This document shows, in pieces, positions 1-10,302 of a DNA stretch of 64,000 nt. Within the stretch, counting starts at the first letter, position 1. The number at the start of each line of letters is the position of its first letter. A program made the translations under genes and the position numbers. Source of the DNA: Candidatus Latescibacterota bacterium (GTDB taxonomy: Bacteria > Latescibacterota > UBA2968 > UBA8231). The DNA lies in NCBI GenBank assembly GCA_965242865.1, contig CBDETK010000013.1, positions 1,792,001 through 1,856,000 of the forward strand, in the 5' to 3' direction. The notes beneath the pieces are model-generated. The model did not search any database, was not told the DNA's origin, and was given only the letters and a program-made list of their open reading frames with translations.

Positions 1-2
1 AC

Positions 3-965
3 GCCTTTGACTACGACGAAGGCTTCCGCGGCAAGGGCCAGTTCTGGTTCTCAATCCAAGGCGAAAACAGCGGCAACCGCGCTGGCGAGCACGACGGCGG
101 CACCACGCCCGAGGACGGCACCCCCTATGCCATTCCGGTCATCTACAATGCCACCTATATCGGCTCCGGTGCTTTTTCCCCCAACGGCGACAACGACGTG
201 GTGCTCAAAATCCGCGATAACGCCGGGGGGCAATACCACAACAGCATCTTCACCGATTTCGCCGGGGAGGGCGTCGATATAGAGGACTTAGAATCCGGTG
301 AGGACAGCCGCGCTCGCTTGGAGGCCGGCGATCTCGTCTTGGCCGACAACATTTGGTGGGGCTTTGGCGCTGGCGAAGCCGTTGAGGATCTCGTCCCCGA
401 GTTTGCCCTCGCTCACTTCGCCGACCACAACAACCGCCTCGTGGACCCGTTGCTCAAGGGCATTTCCCGCACGACTAACGGCGGCCTCGACCCTAGGCTC
501 CAAGACGCTAGCCCGGCTTGGAGCGGCGGCACCATTCCCGACGATGGCTTCTACGCCCAAGTTGACCATGCCGGGGCCTTTGGCAACGAACTGTGGACTT
601 CGGGCTGGACCTTCCTCGCTGCGGCCGGCATCATGCCCAACGAGACCAACGAGCTGCCAACCGTCATCGCCGCAGAGTCGGCCGTGTTGGCCGCCATCCC
701 CAATGCCTATACCCTAAACCAAAACTACCCCAACCCCTTCAACCCCAGCACGACCATTGCCTTTGCCATTCCGGCGGATGGGCACGTTGAGTTGACCCTC
801 TTCAACGCCCTCGGCCAACAGGTGGCAACGCTGGCCGAAGGGTGGCGCGTGGCCGGCACCTACTCGCTCGCGGTTGATGCGTCGGACCTCAGCGCCGGCC
901 CGTACTTCTATCGCCTCCGCGCTGGAAACCAAGTCCTGCACCGCAAGATGACCCTGCTCAAATAG
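3..965 (+). CDS. Secreted protein with C-terminal T9SS type A / FlgD-Ig-like sorting domain (5' partial)
   Basis: Frame is open from the window edge (AFDYDEGFRGKGQFWF...). C-terminus YTLNQNYPNPFNPSTTIAF...FNALGQQVATL...YFYRL...KMTLLK is a typical secretion-system CTD. Confidence 0.85.
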   Translation, partial: AFDYDEGFRGKGQFWFSIQGENSGNRAGEHDGGTTPEDGTPYAIPVIYNATYIGSGAFSPNGDNDVVLKIRDNAGGQYHNSIFTDFAGEGVDIEDLESGEDSRARLEAGDLVLADNIWWGFGAGEAVEDLVPEFALAHFADHNNRLVDPLLKGISRTTNGGLDPRLQDASPAWSGGTIPDDGFYAQVDHAGAFGNELWTSGWTFLAAAGIMPNETNELPTVIAAESAVLAAIPNAYTLNQNYPNPFNPSTTIAFAIPADGHVELTLFNALGQQVATLAEGWRVAGTYSLAVDASDLSAGPYFYRLRAGNQVLHRKMTLLK

Positions 966-982
966 GGCTTTTTTACCGGACG

Positions 983-1021
983 CAAAAAGGGGGACGAGTG
1001 GTACGCCCGTCCCCCTTTTTG
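983..1021. terminator. Bidirectional rho-independent terminator
   Basis: caaaaagggggacg-N11-cgtccccctttttg perfect inverted repeat with A/T tails between convergent genes. Confidence 0.85.
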
Positions 1022-1107
1022 TACCTCCACTCGCTTCTTTATATAGCCGTCCTAAATGACTCGAAAGCATGGAATGTTGATCGGCACGGTCTTTTTTCCC
1101 TATGAGG

Positions 1108-1135
1108 CGTCATTCCCGCGCAAGCGGGAATCCAG
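1108..1135. repeat. REP/dRS3-like palindrome
   Basis: cgtcattcccgcgcaagcgggaatccag, with an ATTCCC-N8-GGGAAT core, resembling widespread small extragenic palindromes. Confidence 0.6.
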
Positions 1136-1155
1136 TCTTGAAGGATGTAGGACTG

Positions 1156-2415
1156 CTATATCACCGTACCCGCCGGAATCACCGCGTCCTTAGGCACCAC
1201 CACGATCCCGTCGCGGATGTAGTAATTAGTCCCACCGGCTTCGACGCCGCGGTCCTTGTTGGTGATGCAAACGCCCTCGCCAATGCGGGCGTTTTTGTCG
1301 ATGATCGCGCCGGTAATTTTGGTGTTGGCGCCAATCCCCACATTCGGCAGGCCCTGCGCTGCATTGCGCGCGCGATCGGCTGGCGACTCCTCCGAATCAG
1401 CCCCCATGACGATGGTATGGGCGATCTGGCAGTTCGCGCCAATCACCGACCGGATCCCGATCACCGACCGCTCGATCCGAGCCGACTGAATGTACGAGCC
1501 CTCGCAGATGATCCCGCGCTCAATGTGGCAATGCTCTAGCCGCGTACCAGCGAGGAAGCGTGCGTGCGTGTAGATCGGCGCGTCGGCCCGGTAAAAGTCA
1601 AAGGGCGGCGGCCGGTCCGTCAGCGCTAGATTGGCCTCGTAAAAAGAGCGAATGGTGCCGATGTCTTCCCAATAGCCTTCAAAGGTATGGGCAAAAACCC
1701 CGACCTTGTGGATCGCGCTGGGGATGATGTGCTTGCCGAAATCGTCTTGGTCGCTGCTCATCAGCAGGCTGACCAAGACTTGGGGCTCAAACACGTAGAT
1801 GCCCATGGAGGCTAAGTAGCCCTCCTCTGAATCGGCCGTCGCTGGCAGCCGCAGGGCCTCTAGCTCGGCCGCGTCTTGCGGCTTTTCGCGAAAATCCACG
1901 ATCCGCCCCTGTGCATCTACCTGCACGATCCCCAGCGCGGGCGCGGCCTGCCGCGTCACCGGCTTGACCGCAATCGACACGTCCGCGCCCCGCGCTCGAT
2001 GCTCTTCGACAAAGGCGCGGTAATCCATGCGATAGAGGTGGTCGCCCGACAGGATGAGCACTTGGTCGGCCCGGCGCGAAAGCAAGTGCCGGAGCTGTCG
2101 GCGCACCGCATCGGCCGTGCCTTGATACCAAGCGACGCTATCTTGGGTCTGCTCGGCCGCCAAAATTTCGACAAACCCATCGGAAAAGGAATCAAAGCGG
2201 TACGTCGTGCTGATGTGGCGGTGCAGCGAGGCGGAATTGAACTGGGTCAGGGCGAAGATGCGGTTGACCCCAGAGTGCAGACAATTGCTAATGGGAATGT
2301 CAATTAAGCGGTACTTGCCGCCAATCGGCACGGCTGGCTTCGAGCGAAGCTGAGTCAGCGGAAAAAGCCGCGTCCCTTGCCCTCCCCCGAGGATGACTCC
2401 AATGACGTTTCTCAT
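1156..2415 (-). CDS. glgC: Glucose-1-phosphate adenylyltransferase
   Basis: [57 protein letters not shown] and a C-terminal beta-helix. Confidence 0.97.
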   Translation of the reverse strand: MRNVIGVILGGGQGTRLFPLTQLRSKPAVPIGGKYRLIDIPISNCLHSGVNRIFALTQFNSASLHRHISTTYRFDSFSDGFVEILAAEQTQDSVAWYQGTADAVRRQLRHLLSRRADQVLILSGDHLYRMDYRAFVEEHRARGADVSIAVKPVTRQAAPALGIVQVDAQGRIVDFREKPQDAAELEALRLPATADSEEGYLASMGIYVFEPQVLVSLLMSSDQDDFGKHIIPSAIHKVGVFAHTFEGYWEDIGTIRSFYEANLALTDRPPPFDFYRADAPIYTHARFLAGTRLEHCHIERGIICEGSYIQSARIERSVIGIRSVIGANCQIAHTIVMGADSEESPADRARNAAQGLPNVGIGANTKITGAIIDKNARIGEGVCITNKDRGVEAGGTNYYIRDGIVVVPKDAVIPAGTVI

Positions 2416-2553
2416 AACTTAAAATCCCGATTCCCAACGTTCGGCGTGGCTCCTCTAAGCGGCCTTATGTATAGACCTTTCCCCAGCATTTAGCAAGCCA
2501 TGCGCCCCCGCGCAAAATGGCATATCTTCTGACTCTAACTTAGGGAACTTGTT

Positions 2554-3282
2554 ATGCCGGGAAAATTACAGCACAAGACCGCATTGATCACCGGCGCCGG
2601 TCGAGGCATTGGGCGGGCCATCGCCGAGTGCTTTGCCCGCGAGGAAGCGTGCGTGGCTGTCGCCGATGTTGACCCCGCCGCCGCCGGTGCCACGGCCGCT
2701 GCGATCGGCGCGTTGGGCTTGGCAATGGACGTGTCGTCCAAAGCCTCTGTCCGCGCCGGCACGAGCCGCGTCCTCGAGGAGTTCGGCCAAATCGATATCC
2801 TCGTCAACAACGCCGGGTATTTGGTCTATACCACTTTTGAATCGTGCAGCGAAGCGGACTGGGACCGCATGGTCGATGTCAATATGAAAGGCCCCTTCCT
2901 CTGCGCCCAAGCGGTCATCCCCTCGATGAAGGTGCGCCGCCAAGGAGCCATCGTCAACATGACTTCTCTAGCGGCCAAGACCGGCGGCCTAGCGGCCGGC
3001 CCTCCCTACGCCGCGGCCAAAGCCGGCGTCCTCACCTTAACCATCGGCCTAGCGCGAGCCTTAGCGCCCCATCAGATTCGCGTCAACGCCATTGCCCCCG
3101 GGGTGATTGACACCGCCATGACCGCGGCCCCGGAACACGACCAACTCAAGGCTTCCATCCCCCTCGGCTGGGCCGGCCAGCCCGAAGACGTAGCCCACTG
3201 CGCCCTCTTTCTAGCTTCGGACGACGCCCGGCACATCACCGGCGAGACCATCGATGTTAATGGGGGGTTGTACATGGATTGA
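2554..3282 (+). CDS. SDR family oxidoreductase (FabG-like)
   Basis: TGAGRGIG, VNNAG, YAAAK, VNAIAPG and DVNGG motifs. Confidence 0.92.
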   Translation: MPGKLQHKTALITGAGRGIGRAIAECFAREEACVAVADVDPAAAGATAAAIGALGLAMDVSSKASVRAGTSRVLEEFGQIDILVNNAGYLVYTTFESCSEADWDRMVDVNMKGPFLCAQAVIPSMKVRRQGAIVNMTSLAAKTGGLAAGPPYAAAKAGVLTLTIGLARALAPHQIRVNAIAPGVIDTAMTAAPEHDQLKASIPLGWAGQPEDVAHCALFLASDDARHITGETIDVNGGLYMD

Positions 3283-3310
3283 TAACGCCCTGTCGTGCGA
3301 CGGGGCGCAC

Positions 3311-3336
3311 ACGCCATGCGACGGGGCGCATGGCGT
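3311..3336. terminator. Hairpin between convergent genes (terminator or REP-like)
   Basis: acgccatgcg-acgggg-cgcatggcgt 10-bp stem; tgcgacggggcgca is duplicated at 3296 and 3317. Confidence 0.55.
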
Positions 3337-3340
3337 TACG

Positions 3341-4117
3341 TCAATCGCGACCGGCCGCCAAGGTGCGTAATAAGGCGGCGTAGCCCGCTTCGCCTTCCCG
3401 TTCCCAGACTTCCAAAAGCACTGAGCCGACGATGCCGATTTCGGCTCGGCCCTGTAGCTGGCGCACATCTTCCCGGCTGCGGAGGCCAAAGCCAATGCCC
3501 AGCGGCAGGTCGGTCGCCGCACGGCAGCGGGCGATAAACCGATAGAGGCCATCGTCTAAGTCCGTCTGGCGGCCGGTTACGCCCTTGCGGGCCACCGCAT
3601 AGACAAACGCTTGGGCTTGGGTGCCGATTTGGCGCAGCCGCTGCTCGGTGTTGGTCGGGGCCATCAGCAAAATCGGCGTTTGCTCGCACTCCGCGCTGGC
3701 GGTCCACAGGTCGCCGTACTCTTCGACTGGCAGGTCCGGCAGGATAAAGCCGCTGGCCCCGCTCGCGGCCAAGCGGCGGCAGAACGGGCCATGCCCCAAG
3801 CGGAACGCCGTGTTGTAGTAGCCCATCATCAAGTGCGGAAAGGGAAAGGCTGCGGTCGCCCGCTGCATTAGGTCGAAGTACTGGTCGAGCGCGAGGCCGC
3901 TTTTGAGGGCCTGTTGGTTGGCTTGGGCAAAGGTCGGCCCGTCGGCGATGGGTTCGCTAAAGGGCATTTGCAATTCGACCAAATCGACCCCGACCTCGGC
4001 CATGATCTCCAGCATCCGCCAGTTGGCCTCCAGCGAGGGGAAACCGGCGATCAGATGCGTCATCAGCAGCACCTTGCGCTCGGCGAGCCGCTCCTCAATA
4101 TAGGCTTGCAGATTCAC
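3341..4117 (-). CDS. trpA: Tryptophan synthase alpha chain
   Basis: ELQMPFSEPIADGPT, ILPDLP, GVTG, GIGFG, IVGS. The GTG start overlaps the trpB stop (GTGA). Confidence 0.93.
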   Translation of the reverse strand: MNLQAYIEERLAERKVLLMTHLIAGFPSLEANWRMLEIMAEVGVDLVELQMPFSEPIADGPTFAQANQQALKSGLALDQYFDLMQRATAAFPFPHLMMGYYNTAFRLGHGPFCRRLAASGASGFILPDLPVEEYGDLWTASAECEQTPILLMAPTNTEQRLRQIGTQAQAFVYAVARKGVTGRQTDLDDGLYRFIARCRAATDLPLGIGFGLRSREDVRQLQGRAEIGIVGSVLLEVWEREGEAGYAALLRTLAAGRD

Positions 4118-5364
4118 GAGCGGGCGGCCTGATCGGCGAGGAAGCGCTGCCAGTTTTCGTCCTGTAGCGCGTTGGCGATCGTGAAAATGTCCTTGTCGCC
4201 GCGGCCCGACAGGCCAATCAGCACGACTTGGTCGGGCGTCATCTCGCCAACTTCGCGCAGGGCACCGGCCAAGGCGTGGGTGCTTTCGAGTGCCCCGATG
4301 ATCCCCTCGCGGCGCATCATCCGCTTGAGGGCTGCGAGCACTTCGCGGTCGGTCGCGGCCTCCATGCGCACCCGGCCCACCTCGGCTAAGTGGGCGAGAA
4401 TCGGACTGACGCCGATGTAATCGAGCCCGGCCGCCACCGAGTGCGTGTGCCGCATCTGGCCCTCGTCGTCTTGCAAGAAGAACGTCTTGTAGCCTTGGGC
4501 GACCCCGGGGACGCCGACGCGGCCGGCCAAGCGAGCGGCGTGCGCCCCGGTCTCCAGCCCCCGACCTCCCGCTTCGACCCCGACCAATTCGACAGCCGCG
4601 TCGTCGAGGAACCCCAAGAATAGGCCGGTGGCGTTGGAGCCGCCGCCGACGCAGGCGTACACCCTGTCGGGCAGGCACCCCACCGAGTCCAACATCTGCT
4701 GGCGGCTCTCCTCGCCGATGATTCGCTGGAAATAGGCGACGATTTGCGGGAAGGGATGCGGGCCACAAGCCGTGCCGAGCACATAGTGCGTGTCGGCCAT
4801 GGAATAGGCCCAATCGCGGAGGCTCTCGTTGATGGCGTCCTTGAGCGTGGCCGAGCCATCGGTCACAGCAACCACCTCGGCCCCCAACTGCTCCATCCAG
4901 AACACATTGGGCCGCTGGCGTTCCACATCGACCGCCCCCATGTAGATGGTGCATTCCAGCCCCAAGCGGGCGGCCATCGTCGCCGTGGCCACGCCGTGCT
5001 GGCCAGCCCCGGTCTCGGCGATGACCCGACGCTTGCCCATGCGGCGCACCAACAATCCTTGGCCCATGACGTTGTTGACCTTGTGGGCGCCGGTGTGGTT
5101 GAGGTCTTCGCGCTTGAGAACGATCCGCGCCCCGCCCAGTTCGCGGGAGAGGTTTTCGAGCGCGGTAATCGGGGTGGGCCGACAGGAATACGTCCGCATC
5201 ACCTGCTCAAACTCCGCCCAAAAGGACGGGTCGCGGCGCGCGTCCGCAAAAACTTGGCTCAATTCGTCGAGGGTGGTGCGGAGAATTTCGGGGATGAAGG
5301 CCCCACCGTACTCCCCGTAGTACCCAGGGCGCGGGTGGACAAAAATGGCGTCGGTCAGCCCCAT
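4114..5364 (-). CDS. trpB: Tryptophan synthase beta chain
   Basis: KREDLNHTGAHKVNN (PLP lysine), AETGAGQHG, CVGGGSNA, LSGRGDKD. Confidence 0.97.
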   Translation of the reverse strand: MGLTDAIFVHPRPGYYGEYGGAFIPEILRTTLDELSQVFADARRDPSFWAEFEQVMRTYSCRPTPITALENLSRELGGARIVLKREDLNHTGAHKVNNVMGQGLLVRRMGKRRVIAETGAGQHGVATATMAARLGLECTIYMGAVDVERQRPNVFWMEQLGAEVVAVTDGSATLKDAINESLRDWAYSMADTHYVLGTACGPHPFPQIVAYFQRIIGEESRQQMLDSVGCLPDRVYACVGGGSNATGLFLGFLDDAAVELVGVEAGGRGLETGAHAARLAGRVGVPGVAQGYKTFFLQDDEGQMRHTHSVAAGLDYIGVSPILAHLAEVGRVRMEAATDREVLAALKRMMRREGIIGALESTHALAGALREVGEMTPDQVVLIGLSGRGDKDIFTIANALQDENWQRFLADQAARS

Positions 5365-5366
5365 CT

Positions 5367-6584
5367 TTAGTCCGTCAACTTGGCGCGCCGGAGCGCGTCG
5401 AGCATGGCGCTGCTGCCCGCTTCCTGCTCTTGCTCCTGCTGCTGCCGCTGGCGGAACTCGACGAGATGGGCCTTGGATTCGAGGGCATCGACTTGGCTGA
5501 TCGACAGGCGCAAACGCTGTTGGCGGCCATCCACTTCGAGCACCACCACCTTGACCTCTTGCCCGAGCGAGAGCACCTCGCGCGGGTGGCCGATGCGGCG
5601 GTCCGCGATCTCCGAGACGTGGACCAGCCCGCGCACCCCTTCGGCCAGCTCGACAAACGCGCCAAAATCCTCCAGCCCATCGACCTTGCCCGCGGCGACC
5701 GTGCCGACTGGGAACCGCTCTTTTATCGCTTCCCAAGGATCCTTTTCCAGTGCCTTGAGCGAAAGCGATATCCGCTCCTTGCGCCGCTTGCCCAAGTCCT
5801 TGGTGCGCAAGACCTCGACTTGGACCGGCTGCCCCACCGCGAGGGCCTCTTTGGGATGGCCGACGCGGCCATGGCTGATTTCCGAGACGTGGACCAAGCC
5901 TTCTACGCCCGAACCCAAATCGACAAACGCCCCAAAAGACTCCAGCCGCTTCACCTTGCCGGCCAGTTGGGCGCCCTTCTTTAGCTGGCTCCGCACCAAG
6001 CCGGCGGCCTTATCCCGCTCGGCTTCGAGCAAGGCCCGGCGCGACAGGGTGATGACGCGGCCTTGGTGCCGGAACTTGATAATTTTGAAGGCCAAGGTCT
6101 GGCCGCGGTACTCCTCGGCACTTTTCACGTACTGGGTATCGACGTGCGAAATCGGGCAAAAGCCGCGCACATCGTCCTCGATGGTCACGCCCAATCCCCC
6201 CTTATTGACCGCGTCGACCCGGCCTTCAACCGGCAGCCCGGCCTTGTACGCTTGATAGAGCAAGTCGGCTTGATCGTCTTGGCGACTCAGCGCCCGGCTG
6301 AGCTGGACTGGGTCTTCAACCCCCACGACAAACGCCACGATCGGGTCGCCGACCTCATAGCCCATTTTCCCATTGGGCCCTTTGAGCTCGCTGGTGCGAA
6401 TTACGGCCTCGTTCCGACTGCCGTATTCCACAAAGCTATGCTCGTCCTCGACCTTGACGATCACGCCGCTGACCTCGTCGCCGATTGCGACCGAATGGAT
6501 GGCCGGGGCCGGGGGGACCCCTTCGGCGTCGAGCAGCTCGGCAAAGTCCGCGCCGCGTTCCGCCGTTGAATCTGCCTCTGTCAT
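5367..6584 (-). CDS. S1 RNA-binding repeat protein (RpsA-like, 4 S1 domains)
   Basis: Repeated FGAFV.L..GV.GLVHVSEI and ISLSLK motifs; GGAG RBS precedes ATG at 6584. Confidence 0.85.
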   Translation of the reverse strand: MTEADSTAERGADFAELLDAEGVPPAPAIHSVAIGDEVSGVIVKVEDEHSFVEYGSRNEAVIRTSELKGPNGKMGYEVGDPIVAFVVGVEDPVQLSRALSRQDDQADLLYQAYKAGLPVEGRVDAVNKGGLGVTIEDDVRGFCPISHVDTQYVKSAEEYRGQTLAFKIIKFRHQGRVITLSRRALLEAERDKAAGLVRSQLKKGAQLAGKVKRLESFGAFVDLGSGVEGLVHVSEISHGRVGHPKEALAVGQPVQVEVLRTKDLGKRRKERISLSLKALEKDPWEAIKERFPVGTVAAGKVDGLEDFGAFVELAEGVRGLVHVSEIADRRIGHPREVLSLGQEVKVVVLEVDGRQQRLRLSISQVDALESKAHLVEFRQRQQQEQEQEAGSSAMLDALRRAKLTD

Positions 6585-6604
6585 CGCCTGTCTCCTTGGC
6601 TGCT

Positions 6605-7573
6605 TCACGGTATGAGGACGACCTTGCCGGTCGTCTTGCGCCCCTGCAAGGCGCGGTGGGCATCAGCCGCGTCCGACAAGCCGAACTGAGTGCTGATGCG
6701 CAGCACCAACTCGCCGGCCGCGATCCATGCTAACACCGCGTTGGCGCGTTCCAATAGATCCGCGCGGGTCTGGATGTAGTGCAGCATGGTGGGCCGCGTC
6801 AAAAAGAGCGATCCCTTAGTGCTGAGGATGCCGGGGTCAAGGGGGGGAACCGGGCCGCTCGACTGACCGAACAACACCAAGTAGCCCAACGGCCTAAGCA
6901 CGTTCAAGCTCTTGTCAAAGGTCGCCCGGCCCACCGAATCGTACACCACATCCACGCCGCGCCCCTCGGTGAGTGCCATGATGTCCCGTTCAAAGTCGCG
7001 CTCGGTATAGCGGATGACCTCGTCCGCCCCCGCCTTCCGCGCTAGCTGCTCCTTCTCCGCGGTCGAGACCGTGCAAAACACCCGAGCCCCGCACCGCTTG
7101 GCGAGCTGAATTAGGAGCAGGCCCACACCGCCCGCCCCGGCGTGGATGAGGGCTGTGTCTTCAGGCCCCAGCCGATAGGAGCCATAAGCGAGGTAATGCG
7201 CCGTCATGCCTTGTAGCAAAGCGGCGGCCCCCACCGGATAGGACGCGGCCGCCGGCAGCGGAACCAAGCGGTCCGCGGGCACGACAGCTTCTTCAGCATA
7301 CGACCCCATCACCCCGGCATAAGCCACGCGATCGCCCACCTGCACGCCCTGCACGCCCTCGCCGACCCGAGCGACAACTCCAGCGGCTTCCATGCCGGGG
7401 ATGCAGGGCAGCTCGACTGGGTACAGCCCTTCGCGGTGATAGGTGTCGATATAATTTAAGCCGATGGCTTTGATTGCGACTGCGGCTTCGCCCGGCCGCG
7501 GGGTGGGCGCGGGCACGTCCTCATAGGTGAGGACTTCAGGGCCACCGCACTGGTGGAAACGCACTGCTTTCAT
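6605..7573 (-). CDS. qor: NADPH:quinone oxidoreductase (zeta-crystallin family)
   Basis: GLNYIDTY.R.G.Y, LLQGMTAHYL, AGAGGVG, YDSVG, GSLFLTRP, TTGKVVL. Confidence 0.93.
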   Translation of the reverse strand: MKAVRFHQCGGPEVLTYEDVPAPTPRPGEAAVAIKAIGLNYIDTYHREGLYPVELPCIPGMEAAGVVARVGEGVQGVQVGDRVAYAGVMGSYAEEAVVPADRLVPLPAAASYPVGAAALLQGMTAHYLAYGSYRLGPEDTALIHAGAGGVGLLLIQLAKRCGARVFCTVSTAEKEQLARKAGADEVIRYTERDFERDIMALTEGRGVDVVYDSVGRATFDKSLNVLRPLGYLVLFGQSSGPVPPLDPGILSTKGSLFLTRPTMLHYIQTRADLLERANAVLAWIAAGELVLRISTQFGLSDAADAHRALQGRKTTGKVVLIP

Positions 7574-7714
7574 CGTGAACCTTCGCGTGGGATGGGGGCC
7601 GTAGGGGCCGCTGGGGCCGTGATAAGCGTTTTAAGATAATCACAAAAGACTAATTTGTAAAAATGGCGATTCGTGCATTTTTTATAGAGCGAACTTGATT
7701 CGCAAAGAGACCCG

Positions 7715-9067
7715 ATGAAAGTAGCCAAATTCGGCGGCACGTCCCTTGCGTCCGCCGAGCAAATAGAGCAAATCTGCGCCATCGTCACCGCCGATCCAGC
7801 GCGCCGGCTCGTCGTGGTTTCGGCCCCGGGCAAGCGCGACCCGCAAGACTCCAAAGTAACCGACCTCCTCATCGAGGTGGTTCGCGCCCAGCTAACCCAC
7901 CAAGATGGCCGCACCGCGCTGGCCCGCGTCATCGACCGCTATGCCGCCCTCGTCGCCGATCTCGGCTTGCCGGATACCGCGCTTGCGCCCATTGTCGCCG
8001 ACTTTGAGCGGCGCCTGGCCATGGACCCGCACGACAAGGCACTCTACGCGGACGCCATGAAGGCCGGCGGCGAGGACAACTGCGCCCGTCTAGTGGCCGA
8101 ATACCTGCGCCACAGCGGGGCCGAAGCCTACTATCTCGACCCGGGCGAAGGCGGCTTAATGCTCTCGGAAGAGCCGGGCAATGCCCGCGTCTTGCAAGCG
8201 TCCTACGGCAAGCTGCGCCAGCTCAAAAACCGCCCGGGCATCACCATTTTCCCGGGGTTTTTTGGCTATTCGCCCACCGGCCGCGTGGTCACCTTTTCGC
8301 GCGGCGGCTCGGACATCACCGGCGCGATTCTCGCCGCGGCCGTCGATGCGACCCTGTACGAAAACTTCACGGACGTGGACTCGGTCTTTGCGGCCAATCC
8401 CGCGCTCGTGCCCGACCCAGTAGCCGTTTCCGAGATCACTTACCGCGAGATGCGCGAGCTGTCCTACGCGGGGTTTTCCGTATTTCACGACGAGGCCCTC
8501 GAACCCGTGTTCCACGCCGGAATCCCGGTCGTCGTCAAAAACACCAACAATCCGCAGGCCCCCGGCACCCGCATCGTCCCCCAGCGCCCAATCGGCGACC
8601 GCCCGGTCGTTGGCATTGCCGCGACCGACGGGTTTTGCAGCATCTACATCAGCAAGTACCTCATGAATCGCCAAGTGGGCTTTGGCCGCCGCTTGCTGGC
8701 CATTTTTGAGGACGAGGGGATTCCCTTTGAACACACGCCTTCGGGCATTGACAACATGTCGGTGATCGTGCGCGAGGCGCATTTCAACCACGCGACCCAA
8801 GAGCGCGTGCTGCGCCGGATCCGCACCGAGCTCGCAGCAGACGAGCTGTCGGTTGCCCGCGGCCTCGCCTTGGTGATGGTCGTCGGCGAAGGCATGCACC
8901 ACACCATTGGCTTGGCCGCCCGCACCTGCACGGCCTTTGCCCGCGCCGCGGTCAACATAGAAATGATCAATCAGGGGTCGAGCGAAGTCAGCATGATGTT
9001 CGGCATCGCGGCCGCAGACATTCCCGCAGCCGTGCGCTCGCTCTACCGAGAGTTCTTTGGCGATTGA
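7715..9067 (+). CDS. lysC: Aspartate kinase
   Basis: KFGGTSLA, VVVSAPGK, FSRGGSDITG, TDVD and two C-terminal ACT domains. Confidence 0.93.
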   Translation: MKVAKFGGTSLASAEQIEQICAIVTADPARRLVVVSAPGKRDPQDSKVTDLLIEVVRAQLTHQDGRTALARVIDRYAALVADLGLPDTALAPIVADFERRLAMDPHDKALYADAMKAGGEDNCARLVAEYLRHSGAEAYYLDPGEGGLMLSEEPGNARVLQASYGKLRQLKNRPGITIFPGFFGYSPTGRVVTFSRGGSDITGAILAAAVDATLYENFTDVDSVFAANPALVPDPVAVSEITYREMRELSYAGFSVFHDEALEPVFHAGIPVVVKNTNNPQAPGTRIVPQRPIGDRPVVGIAATDGFCSIYISKYLMNRQVGFGRRLLAIFEDEGIPFEHTPSGIDNMSVIVREAHFNHATQERVLRRIRTELAADELSVARGLALVMVVGEGMHHTIGLAARTCTAFARAAVNIEMINQGSSEVSMMFGIAAADIPAAVRSLYREFFGD

Positions 9068-9072
9068 TAGGG

Positions 9073-10302
9073 CTACGCCGCGGCCCAAATCACCAACTGC
9101 AATTCGCTGTCGTCAATCAAGCGGTACTCGGGGCGACGGCCCGAGAGTTTGCGGCTCTCGTTTAGAATGATCGGCACTCCATCCCCTCTTCGATCCATTA
9201 TATGCGTTCGTCCCAGTTTTTCGCCCTCCCAAACCGGGCAACGCGCCAGCAGCGAAACGATCAATTCGTTTCGGCTGTATTGCCGCAAATCCATACTGTC
9301 TGGCGTGAGCGTATTCGCCAGTGCTCCTGGTACATAGAGTTCGAGCCGGTTCCCGAACAGATGTAGCCGCACCCTCGCACCCACCATTGAGTAATCCCTG
9401 TGGGCAACCGCGTTGACGAGTGCCTCAAAAACCGCTCGCTCGCTGAATTGAGGGGTCTCCACCCGAGCCATCGTTTTCATGGCTGCCACCCGCATATTCC
9501 GGCGCACGAAGTGCAACGCCTCAATAATCTGATCATCAAGCGGCCCACCAAAGTCGCGTGCATCGCTTTGGTAATTGATGTCCTGTCGCTCGCCCGCATA
9601 GCTCACCGCCTGAATCTGTGCATGCGGCATCCACTGTCCCGGATCGCGAGTGCATAACAGCATACCGGCGACTGTGATTCGTGCGATGTCGTCTTCGTCG
9701 TTGGCGACGATCCGAAGTTTACGCAGATCGTCCTCGGTCAAAACGCCATCTTCCCGTAAGAATCGGCGAGTCAATCCATCATCCAGATTTTCCGGTGCGG
9801 TCCTAGGCACCGGCGACTCGTCAAACCGAATTACGCGGCTCTGGCTGCGCTCTTGGAACAGCCGGGCGAGCAACTCAGGAGACATCTCGCGTTTTGAACT
9901 GCCAATCCTGCGGAAATAGCCGCTTGGACTTTTGTGGACAAACAGACTGCGGACGATTTCGACGCAAATTACGGCAACGAGACTGCCGTCTGCGCTGGGA
10001 AGTTCAACCTTTCGGATCTCCGCGTCGAGTGGAGGCTTCACGGAATCGTTGCAGATTTCCCTCACCCACGCTTCGACCGCGTCTAACCGCTCAACAGGGA
10101 TGCCCAAGACTTCGCGGCTCCGGTCTTCAACCCCCAGTACAATGGTCCCTCCCCGACCATTAGCCATGCTGGCCAACTCATCGGCAAATTCGGTGCGCCC
10201 AAGTGCCGTGATCTTGGAGCCAGCCAGCAGTACCCGCTTGAGTTCCAACGTCGAGTCCTCGCCGAGGCGGATGCGCCGCGCTAACTCATCTCGTTCCATC
10301 AT
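9073..10302 (-). CDS. Schlafen/AlbA_2 domain + HATPase_c_4-type domain protein
   Basis: N-terminal GEDSTLELK...MANGRGGTIVLGVED...YFRRIGSS; C-terminal EALVNAVAHRDY...PG...RNELI. Start overlaps the upstream stop (ATGA). Confidence 0.88.
   Translation of the reverse strand: MMERDELARRIRLGEDSTLELKRVLLAGSKITALGRTEFADELASMANGRGGTIVLGVEDRSREVLGIPVERLDAVEAWVREICNDSVKPPLDAEIRKVELPSADGSLVAVICVEIVRSLFVHKSPSGYFRRIGSSKREMSPELLARLFQERSQSRVIRFDESPVPRTAPENLDDGLTRRFLREDGVLTEDDLRKLRIVANDEDDIARITVAGMLLCTRDPGQWMPHAQIQAVSYAGERQDINYQSDARDFGGPLDDQIIEALHFVRRNMRVAAMKTMARVETPQFSERAVFEALVNAVAHRDYSMVGARVRLHLFGNRLELYVPGALANTLTPDSMDLRQYSRNELIVSLLARCPVWEGEKLGRTHIMDRRGDGVPIILNESRKLSGRRPEYRLIDDSELQLVIWAAA

Noticed and set aside
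3341-5736. Extended N-termini of the trpA and trpB ORFs; likewise the aminotransferase, polX, cysQ and SDR ORFs
   Set aside because: The extensions overlap neighbouring genes; starts were reassigned using homology, RBS and stop/start coupling.
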